Position numbers and translations under genes: made by a program. The notes under the pieces are model-generated. The model did not search any database. It was not told the origin of the DNA and saw nothing but the letters and a program-made list of their open reading frames with translations. Shown piece by piece: positions 12,575 through 24,794 of a stretch of 64,000 bases of DNA (the stretch's first letter is position 1; each line of letters starts with the position of its first letter). Source of the stretch: Vicugna vicugna (lineage: Eukaryota); the NCBI GenBank assembly GCA_013265495.1, contig MU058584.1:6228407-6292406 (forward strand), read 5' to 3'.

Positions 12575-14089
12575 GAATTTTTTTTTCATATATTATCCCA
12601 CACACTTTGGAATAAATGGATTTGCCACCCTTTCTAACCGTACTCTTCCCAGTAAGCTAAGAAATTAAGAGGTGGAACACTGGTACTATTGTGCACTCAA
12701 ACAATTAGAACAAAACTCCCTCTGAAGGGAATCCTAAGCCAAAATTCTCACCCGCCTTAAGAATAAAGGATCAGTTGCCCTTTGGGGACACATTAGGAAC
12801 CATTGTACTAACCACATGCAGCTTGTAAAACTCCAGCTCAAATTCTGCCATTTCTTTTCAGTTTATGGCTTGCATTTCATGGGTGTGGATATTTATTCCA
12901 TCTTCTGGGGGAACCACATGAGTGTCATCTCCTCCTTTTTCTGTCTTGTCATTGTGACTTAGGACAAAGATGAGGACTACTGATCTTACAGATGAAACAA
13001 AAGTTTTAGGGACGGGGGCAGAGTACCCCATCCGTTGTCTTGTTCCAGGATCAGGCTGACCATGAGAAAGGGATTTTAAAAAAAAAAAAGCAAAAGACAG
13101 AAGTATTTAAGAGAAGAGAACAGAGTATGAAAAAAAAAATGTGGAAGAGGAGCAGGAGATTCAGGGAGGAGTGAGAAAGTCTGCATCTGGTGGGTATGGA
13201 GCAGATATGTGAAGACTATTGGAGAAGGGAAAGTCCGCTCCCCACAGCGTCTCATGTGTGGAAACTGCAGTTTCCAAGGAAGCTGCTCAGATCTGGCTCT
13301 CTGCTTGGATGCTCCTTAGACATCAAGGAAACGAACAATTAAGCCTAGCCCTGGCCACATCCTTTTTCTCCCGGCATTTATACCCTCTCTCCATTCCCCC
13401 AACCTTTGATAGTATTCCTTAAGTGAATCACTCATTTTCTCTTTGCAGCGTCCTGTCCCTGCATCTGCCCCTCTCACTTTTGTGAACGGCTTCTGGGTTC
13501 TCCCCATGAAGCAGCCGTCCCTGGACCAGATCCTGCCAGAAAGCTGCTTTCCCAGTTATGAGAAAACCACAAGAAAGTTCCTAAAATGGCGGTCCCGGCT
13601 TGCTCCCCACAATTACGTTCTTTTTCTCCCCGTCTCACTTTCAAGTTTTCTTTTCAGTTTTGCATGTGGAACTTAGCTAAGAGGAAGAAGAGATAACTAG
13701 CATTAACTTTGGAGCAAACTTCTTAGCGGAGTCACTATGAAGTGTCTGTCGCCCCATGATGTAGACCCGCAGCTGCCACTCCTACCTTTTCCTTCCACTC
13801 ATTAGCATCTCACAGAGTAGCTTCTGCTCCTCTGTTAAGTCTGGCCCCACAGAAGTTTCTCATAGCCTCCCCGTTCATGACTCAGATGGGGACTGCTCAG
13901 TCCTGTTGTTAATTGAATACATTTTGACCACATCTTGCTTTCTTTCCTCCCCAAATCCTTGTGCAGTGTGTTCCTTCCCGATTGTTCCTCCTGTTCCAAC
14001 TGGTTCCTCTTCTTCTGTTTCATCCTCACAGTGTGGCATCCCTGGGCTCCTGGTTCTGTCATCCTTTCCGCTTCCTTCGCCTTCCTTCC

Positions 14090-14539
14090 TGCTATGGGCT
14101 GAATTGTGTCCCCTCCAAAAAGACATGTTAGAGCCCTCGCCTTAGCGTGTGACCTTGTTTAGAAACAGGGTCATTGCACGTGTCATCAGCTCAGTTAGCA
14201 GGAGGCTATACCGGAGGAGGGTGGGTTCTAGGCCCAGGATGACTTGGGTCCTTAGATAAGAAAGATTTGGACAGAGCTCATACACAGGGAAGGCGGCCAC
14301 GTGAAGAGGAAGGCAGGGACTGGAGTTCTTCTGCCAGAAACCAAGGAACACTAGGGGTTACCAGAAACTGGAGGAGGTGAGGAAGGTTCCCCCACAAGAG
14401 GCTTCACGGGGAGTGTGGCCCCACCAACACCTTGATTTCAGACTTCAAGCCTCTAGCACTCTGAGACAACGCATTCCTGTTGTGCTTAGCCCCGGTTTGG
14501 GGTTACTTTGTTTTGGCAGACCTCGGAAACTAGTAACCA
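14090..14539 (+). mobile_element. MaLR solo LTR, MLT1B/C-like
   Basis: Starts tgctatgggctgaattgtgtccc; contains gtgaccttgtttagaaacagggtc and caacaccttgatttcagacttc; ends ggaaactagtaacca. Flanks cttcc/ctccc resemble a 5-bp TSD. Confidence 0.85.
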
Positions 14540-14798
14540 CTCCCCGTCTCCTCTCCCCACCTCTGCCCTCCCCTGCCTCTTACCTTCTTTTCTCTTTTCT
14601 TGCCTAGTCCCTGGATGACCGTAACATCCGCTCCCATGACTTCCATTACCACATAAATTCTGACAACTCTCCAATCTCCTGAACTCCAAAACCAAATTTA
14701 TTATTTCCCATTTATCTTCTACCTCTGGGTGTTCTGCAAGACATTCAGAACTAACATGTTTAAAACAGGACTCAGTTTTGCTCTTCTTTCTATGTTCT

Positions 14799-15270
14799 TG
14801 TGGTAGATTGTGTTTTCCTACGATGGCTGCCACAAGGTGTCTCACTGTGACATTGTAACTCCTTTCATTCCAAGTTGAGAGTCCCTGAGCCTGGTGGACT
14901 ACCTTGACCAGTGACGCAACTGGTGGCAGAAATGACTTTATGTAGCTTCTAAGGCCAGGGTCATAAGAATGCCATTCATTTCCACTTGTTTCTCTTTGCC
15001 CACCTGCTTTTGGAACCCAGCTGCCATGCGGTGAGAGAGCCTAGGCTATGTGGAGAAGACACATGCACGTGCTCTGGTCAGCAGCTCCAAGTGAGGTCCC
15101 AGTTCACAGTCTGAACCTCCAAAGATACGAATGAGGAAGCCTTTGAGATGACTCCAGCCACAGCCACCATCTGACGGCAACATGTGAGAAGCTTGAGCAA
15201 GAACCTTATAGCTAAGACAATGAGCCTCCAAAATGATAATAAATTGGTTATGTTATTTTTAAGCCACAAT
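14799..15270 (+). mobile_element. MaLR solo LTR, MLT1G/H-like
   Basis: tgtggtagattg...gatggctgccaca...ggaacccagctgccatgcggtgagagagcc...aataaattggttatgttattttaagccac. Confidence 0.7.
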
Positions 15271-15479
15271 GCATCTATTTGCTCATTCACTTATTCCTTC
15301 ATCAAATATTACTTACCAATGGCATCCTACCCCTGAGGAAAGCGTGAGCATGTAACCTTTCTTATTTGGCTTAGAGAATCTGAAAACCAAAGCCGTTGTC
15401 TTTTGTCTGGAGAGCTCACAGGATATTTGGGGACAACTTCGATACCAAAAATAAAACACATGTTTATGAAGCTAGTTGC

Positions 15480-15665
15480 TGTAATAACCACTTTGCATAT
15501 ATCGTTACACTTAATGCTTGTAAAGATACTGGAATGTAGACTTTATTGTTGAGTAAACTGTTACTCAGAGATTAAATAACTTGCCCAAATTTACAGTTAG
15601 TAAATGGCACTGCTATATTTAGATCTAAGTCTGTTTGGTTCTAAAGTTCATTTTCTCTCCATTGC
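15480..15665 (-). mobile_element. MIR SINE
   Basis: actcagagattaaataacttgcccaaatttacagttagtaaatggca core. Confidence 0.75.
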
Positions 15666-16390
15666 ACGTCATAATTTCTTCTCCTTTTAGTATCAGTGGT
15701 CATCTCTGTGGTAATTGTCACCATCTCCATTTCCATTGTCCACCGTTTCCAGATCACCCACATTTCCATCTACCAAGATAGGTATCTTGGTGGGGAGGTG
15801 GGGCATGACCAGCTTTGACATCCTGTCTACCTAACTTTCCAAATTTCAGCTCCCCCAGGTATTTAGTGAGCTGTACGTTATTTCTCTTCCCTTCTCAGTT
15901 ATTTTGAGCAATTCAGAAGTTGAGTTTTCATGAGGCTGCGCAGAGAGAAGTTTGAGTCGTCAAACAAAGATGGACTTAGGAAACTCTAATTAAAGATAGT
16001 CCTGTGTTCAAATAGGGCATGTCGGGGGGAAGTCACAGCTGAGTAAGTCAGGGCTGTGGGTGTGGCTCTGGCATCTGCGTGTGGGTCTTTGTGTCTGTGT
16101 GGGTGAGAGGATGTGAGCACATGTCCTGTCTGAAGCAGAAGTCTGTGATGGAGTGCTTCTGGCTACCACTGCGTGTTTTTATTGTCTGCCTGTCCATGTG
16201 TTCTTAGGTGCACATGTGGCCTCTCCGTGGGTGTGTCCATCCTGTCTGTGCAGGGGTTTCTCTGCATCCATGTGGGAGTGCGGAAGGAAGAGCTAACTTC
16301 TCGATAGCTTTCCCAGACTAACATCCAGAGCCCAAGACTCAGAGTGAAAATGCTGTCAGAAGCTTAAGTGAAATTTGCTACTGATATCTT

Positions 16391-16493
16391 TTTTTTTTTA
16401 ATTCTTTTTTAAAAATGGAGGTACCAGGGATTGAACCTGGCTAAACATGTGGTCTACCACTGAGCTAGACCCACCCATCCATACCGTCTCCCC
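16391..16493 (-). mobile_element. tRNA-derived SINE (camelid-type), internally deleted, with perfect 11-bp TSD
   Basis: Minus strand shows A-box TAGCTCAGTGG, B-box GGTTCAATCC, then ...gtacctcc and an A-rich tail. TSD actgatatctt at 16380-16390 and 16494-16504. Confidence 0.85.
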
Positions 16494-17199
16494 ACTGATA
16501 TCTTAACTAGGAGGCTTGAAAAAGCCAGGAAATGGAATGAATAATCCACAATGTCCCCCATTCCTCTTCTCTTTCCAGTCTTAAGGGCCTCCTCGCCATC
16601 TCTACTTCATCCTTTATCTGTCCAGGCGAATTATTTTTCACTCTGCCTGTGGGTCACCACACTGAATGATTGTGTGTTTCTGCCTCTAAACAGTTCTGTG
16701 CTTTTGCCTCTAAAGAGGAAGGGAAGAGCTGTGAGCTCTGGAGAGGACTGGTGGGCGCAGGGTCTAGACAAGGGGCACAGGGAACAAATGCCTGCCCTGC
16801 CCCGTTGAATCACTATTTGACTACATGCCAGGTGCTGTGTAATAATACAGCCATGCCCTGGTCCCAGTGTCCCCAAGAGACAGACTAACAACCAAGAGGA
16901 GATAAAAGATAAAATAACAGTTGGAATTATGGTAGAACGTGAAACAAATCAATCAAAGAAATCAGCTATGTGAATTGTGGAATATAAGTTCTCTTTGTGC
17001 TGTATCAAAGTAAAATTTGCAAGAATTTTGACCAAGGGGGAAAAAAAGAAACAAATAAAGAGAAAAAAAAATCTATGAAATCTATGTAATGCATAGCTTC
17101 GACTAATACCTGAATCAGAGTTTACCCTTCCCCCAATATTTTAACCAATCTCTACTTTGGCTGGTGACTCTCATCGCCAAAAATGAAAACTTCTTTGTT

Positions 17200-17449
17200 T
17201 TTACATTTCCATGGATTTTGGATAACTAAAGGAAGTACAGTTGAGAGACAGACAGACAGACAGACAGAGATGACAGGAGAGAGGACAGAAGAGAGGGAGC
17301 GATGAAACACGGCTGAGAGATATTGATAGATTTTTCTTCTGCTGAGTGACAGCCGTACAGTCAGGACAGCAGTGGGATGCCTCCTCCTCAGCTGGAGAAA
17401 TGAGGTCTGCGTCTGCGGGAGGAGGCCGGGAGACCGTCTGCAAGTAAGT
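17200..17449 (+). promoter_or_regulatory. Putative promoter / non-coding first exon of an unidentified gene
   Basis: Non-repeat, locally CpG-retaining segment with a (GACA)n/GA-rich leader, TGAGTGACAG (17343-17352) and a donor CAA|GTAAGT at 17443/17444. I see no good upstream acceptor. Confidence 0.5.
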
Positions 17450-18494
17450 GCCCGAGGTGTCTGGGAACACACAAAACTCCAGTTAAGGTCACCTGGGTGT
17501 AATTTCAAGCAGGCTGCTCTAGAATGTGATTTTAATTTAGTAATTGGAACCCAGTTGTATTGTCCTTCATAGGGAGAAAGAGCTGAGTGCACAGAAGACA
17601 GTTCTGTCTGGATGAACAGAAAAGGAAACTACGATGGGGCAGTCCAGAGACAGGGAATTAGGAGACACAGACGCTTAATTACTGCAGGGTGTCGGGGGCA
17701 ATGAATCTTCACCCACAGCCCCGCTTCCAGCATGACTAGGAGATTTTGCTTGAGATCCTGCCCATTTCCATTTATTTTTTATTTTCTGCTCACTAAGTAG
17801 CATTTTCACTATGAACAGCTCTGCTAACGAGATGGTAGTACCCTGAATGGGAGAATGTAATTATTCTAGAACCTAGAAGGAGTACCTCTCTCAGAATAAG
17901 TGGAGGAAGAGACAGTCTAATTGGACTGATAAACATCAGTCTCCTGTGAAAGGCTTCCCAGGACTGATGACAATGGAGCCACACTGACCAGGTAAGGGCC
18001 AGATCCTGAGCTGTGTCACCTGACCTGGGAGCTGACCTTCCCCTGGAAAGCACTTTGCTGCCAACCGCACTGAATACCTAACACTGCTGGGTCATTATTT
18101 AGAAACAGTACATGCAGGACGGGATAAGGCTTATCAGTTCATGCATATTTCCAACCTTCCTTCTCCCCTGACACTAAAAAGGACTCCGGCTTGGCTTACC
18201 TAAAGCTGTTTCTTCTCCCTTCTCTGCAACCATAGTCCTGATTTGCTTGAATGATTTTTGAGATTTCGTGATGGAGGACTGAGAGGAAAGCTGGGGAGAG
18301 GGGAGCAAGAAGACAAGCTATGTTTTTGTAGGGACGTAAAGGAAATTAGCTGTAGTCTGAGGAAAGTGGACTGAAGGAAGAAAGAAAGAGTCTTGAAGGG
18401 CTGTGTATCAACTTCATGAAGTCAGAGGAAACACAAGTAAAGTACTTGTTATTTTGAAATTATTTTGTTTAGATGAAATGTAATGCATTCCTTT

Positions 18495-19388
18495 TTTTTA
18501 ATCCATACATTTTTCTTTTTCTTTCTTTCTACTTAAATTATTTATATTGCAATATAGTTAAGATACAATATTATATTCATTTTAGCTGTACAAAAGTGAT
18601 ACAAAATTTTTACAGATTATACTCCATTTATAATTATTATAAAATATTTGCTATAATCCCTGTGCTGTACAATATATCCTTGTTGCCTATTTATTTTATG
18701 TATAGTAGTTTGTACCACTTAATCCCCTACCCCTATCTTGCCCCTCTCCCCTTCCCTGTCTCCACAGGTCACTAGTTTGTTCTCTGTATCTGTGAGTCTG
18801 TTTCTTTTTTGTTGTATTCACTAGTTTATTTTTCAGATTCCACATATAAGTGATAACATACAGTATTTGTCTTTCTCTGTTTGACTTATTTTACTAAGCA
18901 TAATACCTTCCAGGTCCATCCATGTTGTTGCAAATGGCAACATTTCATTCTTTTTTATGGCTGAGTAGTATTCCCTTGTATATTTATAACACATCTTTAT
19001 CCATTTGTCTGTTGAGGGACACTTAGATTGCTTCCATATCTTGGCAATTGTAAATAATACTGATATGAATATTGAGGTGGATGTATCTTTTTGAATTAGA
19101 GTTTTCACTTTCTTCAGATATATACCCAGGTGTGGAATTGCTGGATCATACAGTAGTTCTATTTTTAGTTTTTTAGGAAATCTCTATACTGTTTTCCACC
19201 ATGGCTGCACCAATTTACATTCCCACCAACAGCGTGCAAGTGTTCCCTTTTCTCTACATCCCCACCAACATGTGTTATTTGTGGTCTTTTTGATGACGTC
19301 CATTCTGACAGGTGTGAGGTGACATCTCACTGGGGTTCTGATTTGCTTTTCTCTGATGATTTGCGATATTGAGCAGCTTTTCATGTTG
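18495..19388 (-). mobile_element. L1 3' fragment (ORF2 C-terminus + 3' UTR), cetartiodactyl-type
   Basis: ORFs 19184-19426(-) ([18 protein letters not shown]...[13 protein letters not shown]) and 18833-19108(-) (LFTIAKIWKQSKCPSTDKWIK...ATTWMDLEGIMLS) are degraded L1 ORF2 C-terminal sequence. Degenerate TSD aatgcattcctttt / aatgctttctttt. Confidence 0.92.
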
Positions 19389-19579
19389 GAATGCTTTCTT
19401 TTAAATTTAACACCCATAAGGATCAAAACAACTGAAATATAGCTTTAGAAAAATTTCACATAAATTTTATTGCTTACTATCCTGAATCATTTTCTCTAGA
19501 AGTTTGTTCCTTAATATTTTGATTTTCAAGCCCAGGGAACCATCAGTTGTGAGCTATCAACCCACCTTCTCTGACAAGG

Positions 19580-20000
19580 CCTAAGATACCACATGTTAAA
19601 CCAGACTGTTCCCCAGAGCTCCAGACAATACACCCAGCTCCCACTTGGTCATTTTCACTTGGCTATCCCTTCAGCATCTCAGGCTCAAACATGCCTGCCA
19701 TGGTACTCCCCAAAGCCTTGTCTCTTTCAGTGTTTCTTTTCTCAGTGAATGGTACTATTCCATGCCTAGTTTTCTATATTAAACCCATGGAATCTATTGT
19801 GACTCTTCCCTCTCTGTTATCAGCCTCCCAATTTGCCGATTCTAATTCCTAAATATTTCTAAAATTTGCGCACTCATCTCCACCCCACTGCTACAACCTT
19901 GGACCAGGCCACCTTTATCTTTCACCTGGGTAACTGAAATAGCTTCCTAGCAATTTTCTCTGTCTCCAGGCTTTCCCTGACCCAAACCTCCAGATGAAAA
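19580..20000 (+). mobile_element. L2 fragment
   Basis: ccccagagctccagac...cagcatctcaggctcaaacatg...ctcagtgaatggtactattccat...tgactcttccctctc. Confidence 0.75.
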
Positions 20001-20299
20001 TCTTGCCACTATTTACTTGTGTTACTGCTTGGTCTATGACTTTCTTATATAGTTCTCTTTAATTATTCGTCTTGAGGTTTTTTATTTGCTTTGTATGTGT
20101 GTTTTATATTGATCATACTCTTTACAAATTTCCTCTTAATACCTATAGTATGTAATTTTCCCTACCTTTTAAAAAAGCAATAAACCAATGCCTTTCACTT
20201 TTTTTTACACCACAGAGACCTTCCACAGGGAATTTTTGTCTAACTACCTGGACTGGTTAGACATACCATGTGGGGCATCCTTTTATGTCTTCCTGCATT

Positions 20300-21700
20300 A
20301 AATACACAATTTGCTGGATCCTTCCTTTTCTATCTTTTTCTTTTATTCCTGCAAATGATAGCTCATGAAAGGGTGAATATGAGATACAATTTTGTAGTCT
20401 TTTCCTGTCTTAAAGTATATTTATTCTGCCCTCTGATAGTCTGGTTATAAAATTCTAAGCTGAATTATTCCTAATAGCCAAGACATGGAAACAATCTAAG
20501 TGTCCATTGATGGATAAATGCATAAATAAAATGTGGTATATATACAATGGAACAATATTCAGCCATAAAAAAGAAGGAAATTCTGTCTTTGTGAGGACAT
20601 GGATGGACCTTGAGGGCATCATGCTAAGTGAAAGAAGTCAGAGAACGACAGATACTTCATGTTCTTACTCATAGGCAGAATCTAAAAAAGCCATACTCAC
20701 AAAAATAGACAGTAGAATAGTGCTTGCCAGTGGCTACGGGTTGGGGGAAGTAGGGAGATGCTGATCAAAAGTACAAACTCCCAGCACAAGAGTAAGTTCT
20801 GGGGATCTAATGTATAGCATGATGGCTATAACCACCAATACTGTATTGTATACTTGGAAGTTTTTAGGTGAGTAGATCTTAAATCTTATGATCACACACG
20901 TGCACGCACACACACACACACACACACACAGACACAGGTACTTATGTGAGAAGATGGAGGTGTTAACCTGCCTTATTGTGGTAACCATTTTGCTATATAC
21001 ATGTATCAAATCATGAGAAACATAAAATTCTGGGCTGAAGAAAACAATCCTTGAACTTGAGGATATTCTGTAGCATGTACTTTTACTGACATGAAGTCTG
21101 CTTTTCTCCCTGGAGGTTATTCTCCACCCCACCACCCCAGTTTTAACTGCAATATAATTGACATGTAACATTGTGTAATGTTAAAGTGTACATAGTGTTG
21201 ATTCCACGTGTGTATTGCAAAATGAGTCCCACCGTAGCGTTAGCTAACAGAACCTCCAGGTACAAATTCCCTGGAGGGTTTATGATCTGCTCTTTTTATT
21301 TTTTGTGTTTTAAATTTTTCAGAATGATTTTGCTAGGTGTGACTCTTTTCTCATTTACGTTACTTGGCATTTGGTAGAATCATCCATTTTAAATTCACCC
21401 TTCAGTTTGGAGGAAAAAAAAGTCTTGTTTTATTGTTCTGATTATTCCTCCTCCCTATCTATTTTCTCTTCTCAAGACTCATATTTGTTGGATGTTGGAT
21501 CTTCTGTATTTATCTCTTAGGTCTCTTATCTTTTCCCATGTTTTCCATTTCTTTTTCTTCCAAGTTCTAGGAAACAAACTAGATGATATCTTCCTATCCT
21601 TCCACTGAAGTTCTATTCTGGAAACTTGATTTTTAACTCAATCTGATACTGTCTTAAGTCATATGTCAGTGAAACTGAATGCTCTGTTACAACTCTGGAT
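20300..21700 (-). mobile_element. Old L1M fragment (ORF1-region-like), host of the nested L1 at 20465-21021
   Basis: T-rich antisense L1 text on both sides of the nested element (tttattctgccctctgatagtctggttataaaattct...; gatgttggatcttctgtatttatctc). Confidence 0.55.
20465..21021 (+). mobile_element. L1 3' end (L1MA9-like) with 18-bp TSD and internal (CA)n
   Basis: aatagccaagacatggaaacaatctaagtgtcc...acatggatggaccttgagggcatcatgctaagtgaaa...ttctggggatctaatgtatagcatg. TSD ataaaattctaagctgaa (20447-20464) / ataaaattctgggctgaa (21022-21039). Confidence 0.9.
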
Positions 21701-22569
21701 TTCTTTCAAACTGCTCCTGTCATGGGTTTTTTATTTGGCTCCTGCTCTTGGCTTTCCTTCTAATTTGCAGTCTTATTTTTTACTTTTGCTTTTGGCACAG
21801 GAGATTCCTGAATGATACTTTGTATGCCACTAAGAGACATCTCTGTAGATGCCATAGGGGCTTGGCACCATGTGGACTTCCATGAATACTGCTACTATCA
21901 GACCCATGTATTGTCAGCTGATCATTTGTGCTAAAGTGACTCCTTTTACAGAGTAAGGAACATCTTGGAAATCAAATCCCCTCTCCTAACTTTTATTTTG
22001 CAATAGATACAAAATTTCCCCAATCAGGCTTGGTGAAATGAGCGGGTACTTCTGTTAGGTGAGGTTAAAACAGCAAGAAAAATGACAGAAGTTCTCATGG
22101 CCACTTTCTTTCAGACCCTGGGTTAATGATGGGTGGCTTACAAAGCAGACAGCTGTTCACGATGCAGTAAACTCCACCACAGCAGGGATGCTGTCTCTGA
22201 GCATAAGTTTGGGTGATTCATTTCTATTCCAGGCTGTCAGAACATTGATAATGAAATGGATGATATTAACAGCATTGAGAGAAAAGAGCTGCATTTTGTG
22301 TTATAGACCTATTTAGTAGAGAAGAAAACAGAACTCCGAGAAGCCTTGCCAGAGGTTCACATCTCGTAAGTGCCATAGCTTTGCATATTCCCACCTCGCT
22401 ATATCTCCGATACTGTATGCTGCCTGAATTAACCTCACTTCTCTTTGCCATTTCAAAGCCATTAGCAGTAGAACATGGCGGTTAACAGCCTGAGCTCTAA
22501 AGTCAGACAATTATGGATTGGAAATCCTGCTCCACCACTTAGTGACCTTGTTTGACGCAGTGACCTGCT

Positions 22570-23033
22570 CTATCACTGGGACCTTAAAAAGTGACTATGC
22601 TTATCCAGACCCACATTCTACCTTCTCTACCATTCTCTCTTCCCCAGAAGTCTGACTTCTGCAAATTTATCCCCAGCCTCTCTGGATCTGGGACTTCTGG
22701 TTGGTTTTAGCTAAGTTAGATGATGGGAAGAGAATGAAGATGGAGTATTTATTCCCCTACTTCCTCCCTTGGATTTCCCTTAGGCTGGCAGCATCCTTCT
22801 ACAAGAGGGGATCCCTCACTTGGCTCTCGTTCTGGCTTCTGGCAATCATTCGCCTTCCCCAGGTTCAGGGATGGTGATGCTCCAGCATTACGAGCACCAG
22901 GGTGCTGCATTATCCCTTAAGCTTTCCTTACACCCTGCCTACACTTTGGCAAAGAGAGCTTTTTATTAAAACCCCCTCCAATTAATCTGTTTTTGAGTGC
23001 TTCCTCTGTTTCTTGCTTGGACCCCACAAATAT
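22570..23033 (+). mobile_element. ERVL-type solo LTR (LTR33-like) inserted into a MIR
   Basis: cttctggttggttttagc...ggagtatttattcccc...ttttattaaaac...ctgtttcttgcttggaccc. MIR halves lie at ~22470-22565 and ~23040-23190. Confidence 0.65.
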
Positions 23034-24794
23034 ATCTATGACACTCAACTTTTAATATAAAAATAGGTATAAGACTATTACTTACCTTGTGGATTTGTTG
23101 TGAGGATCAAATGAGACAGTGGACCTAAAGAATTAAGCATAACACACAGAAGGTACTTGACTGGATAAGTTTTAGCCATTACTATTAATTGTCACAATAT
23201 CATTCATTTTAGGTTAAGGTCAAAATTCACCTGCTATTAATTATACTTCCAAGTTCTGTTTTTCTAATATTTATGCATACAGGGTTTGTCCTACATTATC
23301 CTGTGGTAAGAAATGTTTATTTCCATCTTTTCTTTCTCATGTTTTGTCTCTTCGACTAAGTAATATGTTTTTTTAAAAGATAACTAGTAGGTAATGCTAA
23401 GGAATCATTTATTTATAAACAGGCTGAAAGAGATTCTGGTTTAAATTAAGTATGTGTTCCTATTGCTAATACAACAGTCATGGACAAAAACAGTAAAAAT
23501 AAACATGTGTGCCTACTATGGGCAGGTGCACTGAAACACTGGCAGCTTAGTGAGTGAATTAATATAGTCTCCATCTATGGAGATAAGAACAGAAAATCTC
23601 TTTACAAACAGAATAAATCTAAACCTGCCTGAAGTTCTGGCAGGAGTTAGTAAGATGAACTGGTTGACCTTAGCTTCCCTACTCTTTAAGTCTATGATTG
23701 ATCTTGACAGAAAGAGAAAGTCACAGAGAAGCTGCCCAGGGGCAGGCCATCCACAAGTACCTCACACCACAAAGTTTTAGTCTTTGTTCATCTAAGTGCA
23801 GAGCACAGCTCTGTACAAGGAAGAATGGAAAAACATCTCGGGAGCAGATGTAAGAAAGCCCTCTTTTCTTTTTTAGCAAAAATGTGGTTACCGTAGGCCA
23901 CCACAGTCAGAACCAGAGGACACCATGCTGGCTAACGGAAACCAGATGCTCTGGAAAAGGAAGCCATGGATAAATATGAATTATTTTCAGCTGAATGACC
24001 TTCAATTATCTCCCTTAATGCTGAGCCCCGGTTCTCTGCCATAATCTCCCTTTGGGTACCTAAGGAAGAGAGAAACAAAGGCGCTCCATTATAGAGTGAT
24101 TTATGGAGGACCTGTACAAGGGTCATCTATGGTATGTGAAAGAGAAAGGGAGGGAGAGAGAGCTGGAGAGTGAGTGAGACGGAGGATTAGCTCAAGATCA
24201 AAAATAAAAACACAGGAAATACTGTTTTGTGGGTAGAGTCCTGGCTAGGAGCCAGGAGTCCTGGGTTCCAGTCCTCATTTTGGAACTGATTCATTGTGAC
24301 ATGTTGGACCACTTCAAATTATGTTTATTTTGAATATAATCTCTTAGCCTCAAGTATACCAAGGTTCTCTCATCATTGTCAAATGGGGCTAGTATTTGTA
24401 GATTTTCCGATTTCCAGGAATACTGTGAGACACGATTGTAAGAAGATCCGTGTTCCCTCACGCTAGCTCAACAGTCCTGATGTTGCTTCCTTTATCTCAG
24501 ATGATGTCCCAGGCCCAGAGTTCAACATCTTGAAGAAGTCAAGACCGCATAGTCATTTTCCTTTCCCCAAACAGAACTTGTTCTTAACCAACTTCCCTTT
24601 ACCAAATCACTTTTTTCAATGACTTTGCCTTGATAACTGTTGCATGCCTTCTTTTTTGTAAAAAAAAGGAGCTGGTACTGGTGGTGTGGCGGTAGGAACT
24701 CTTTGTAGTAAGAAAACTGTTCATGGAAAATATAATCTTTTAGGAAAGATTCATTTGTAGACTCACCCCATCTTTTTCACTGGACTTTGCTAAA

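Noticed and set aside
16391..16493. Possible tRNA gene (A and B boxes present)
   Set aside because: No cloverleaf, anticodon region missing, and an A-tail plus TSD identify it as a SINE.
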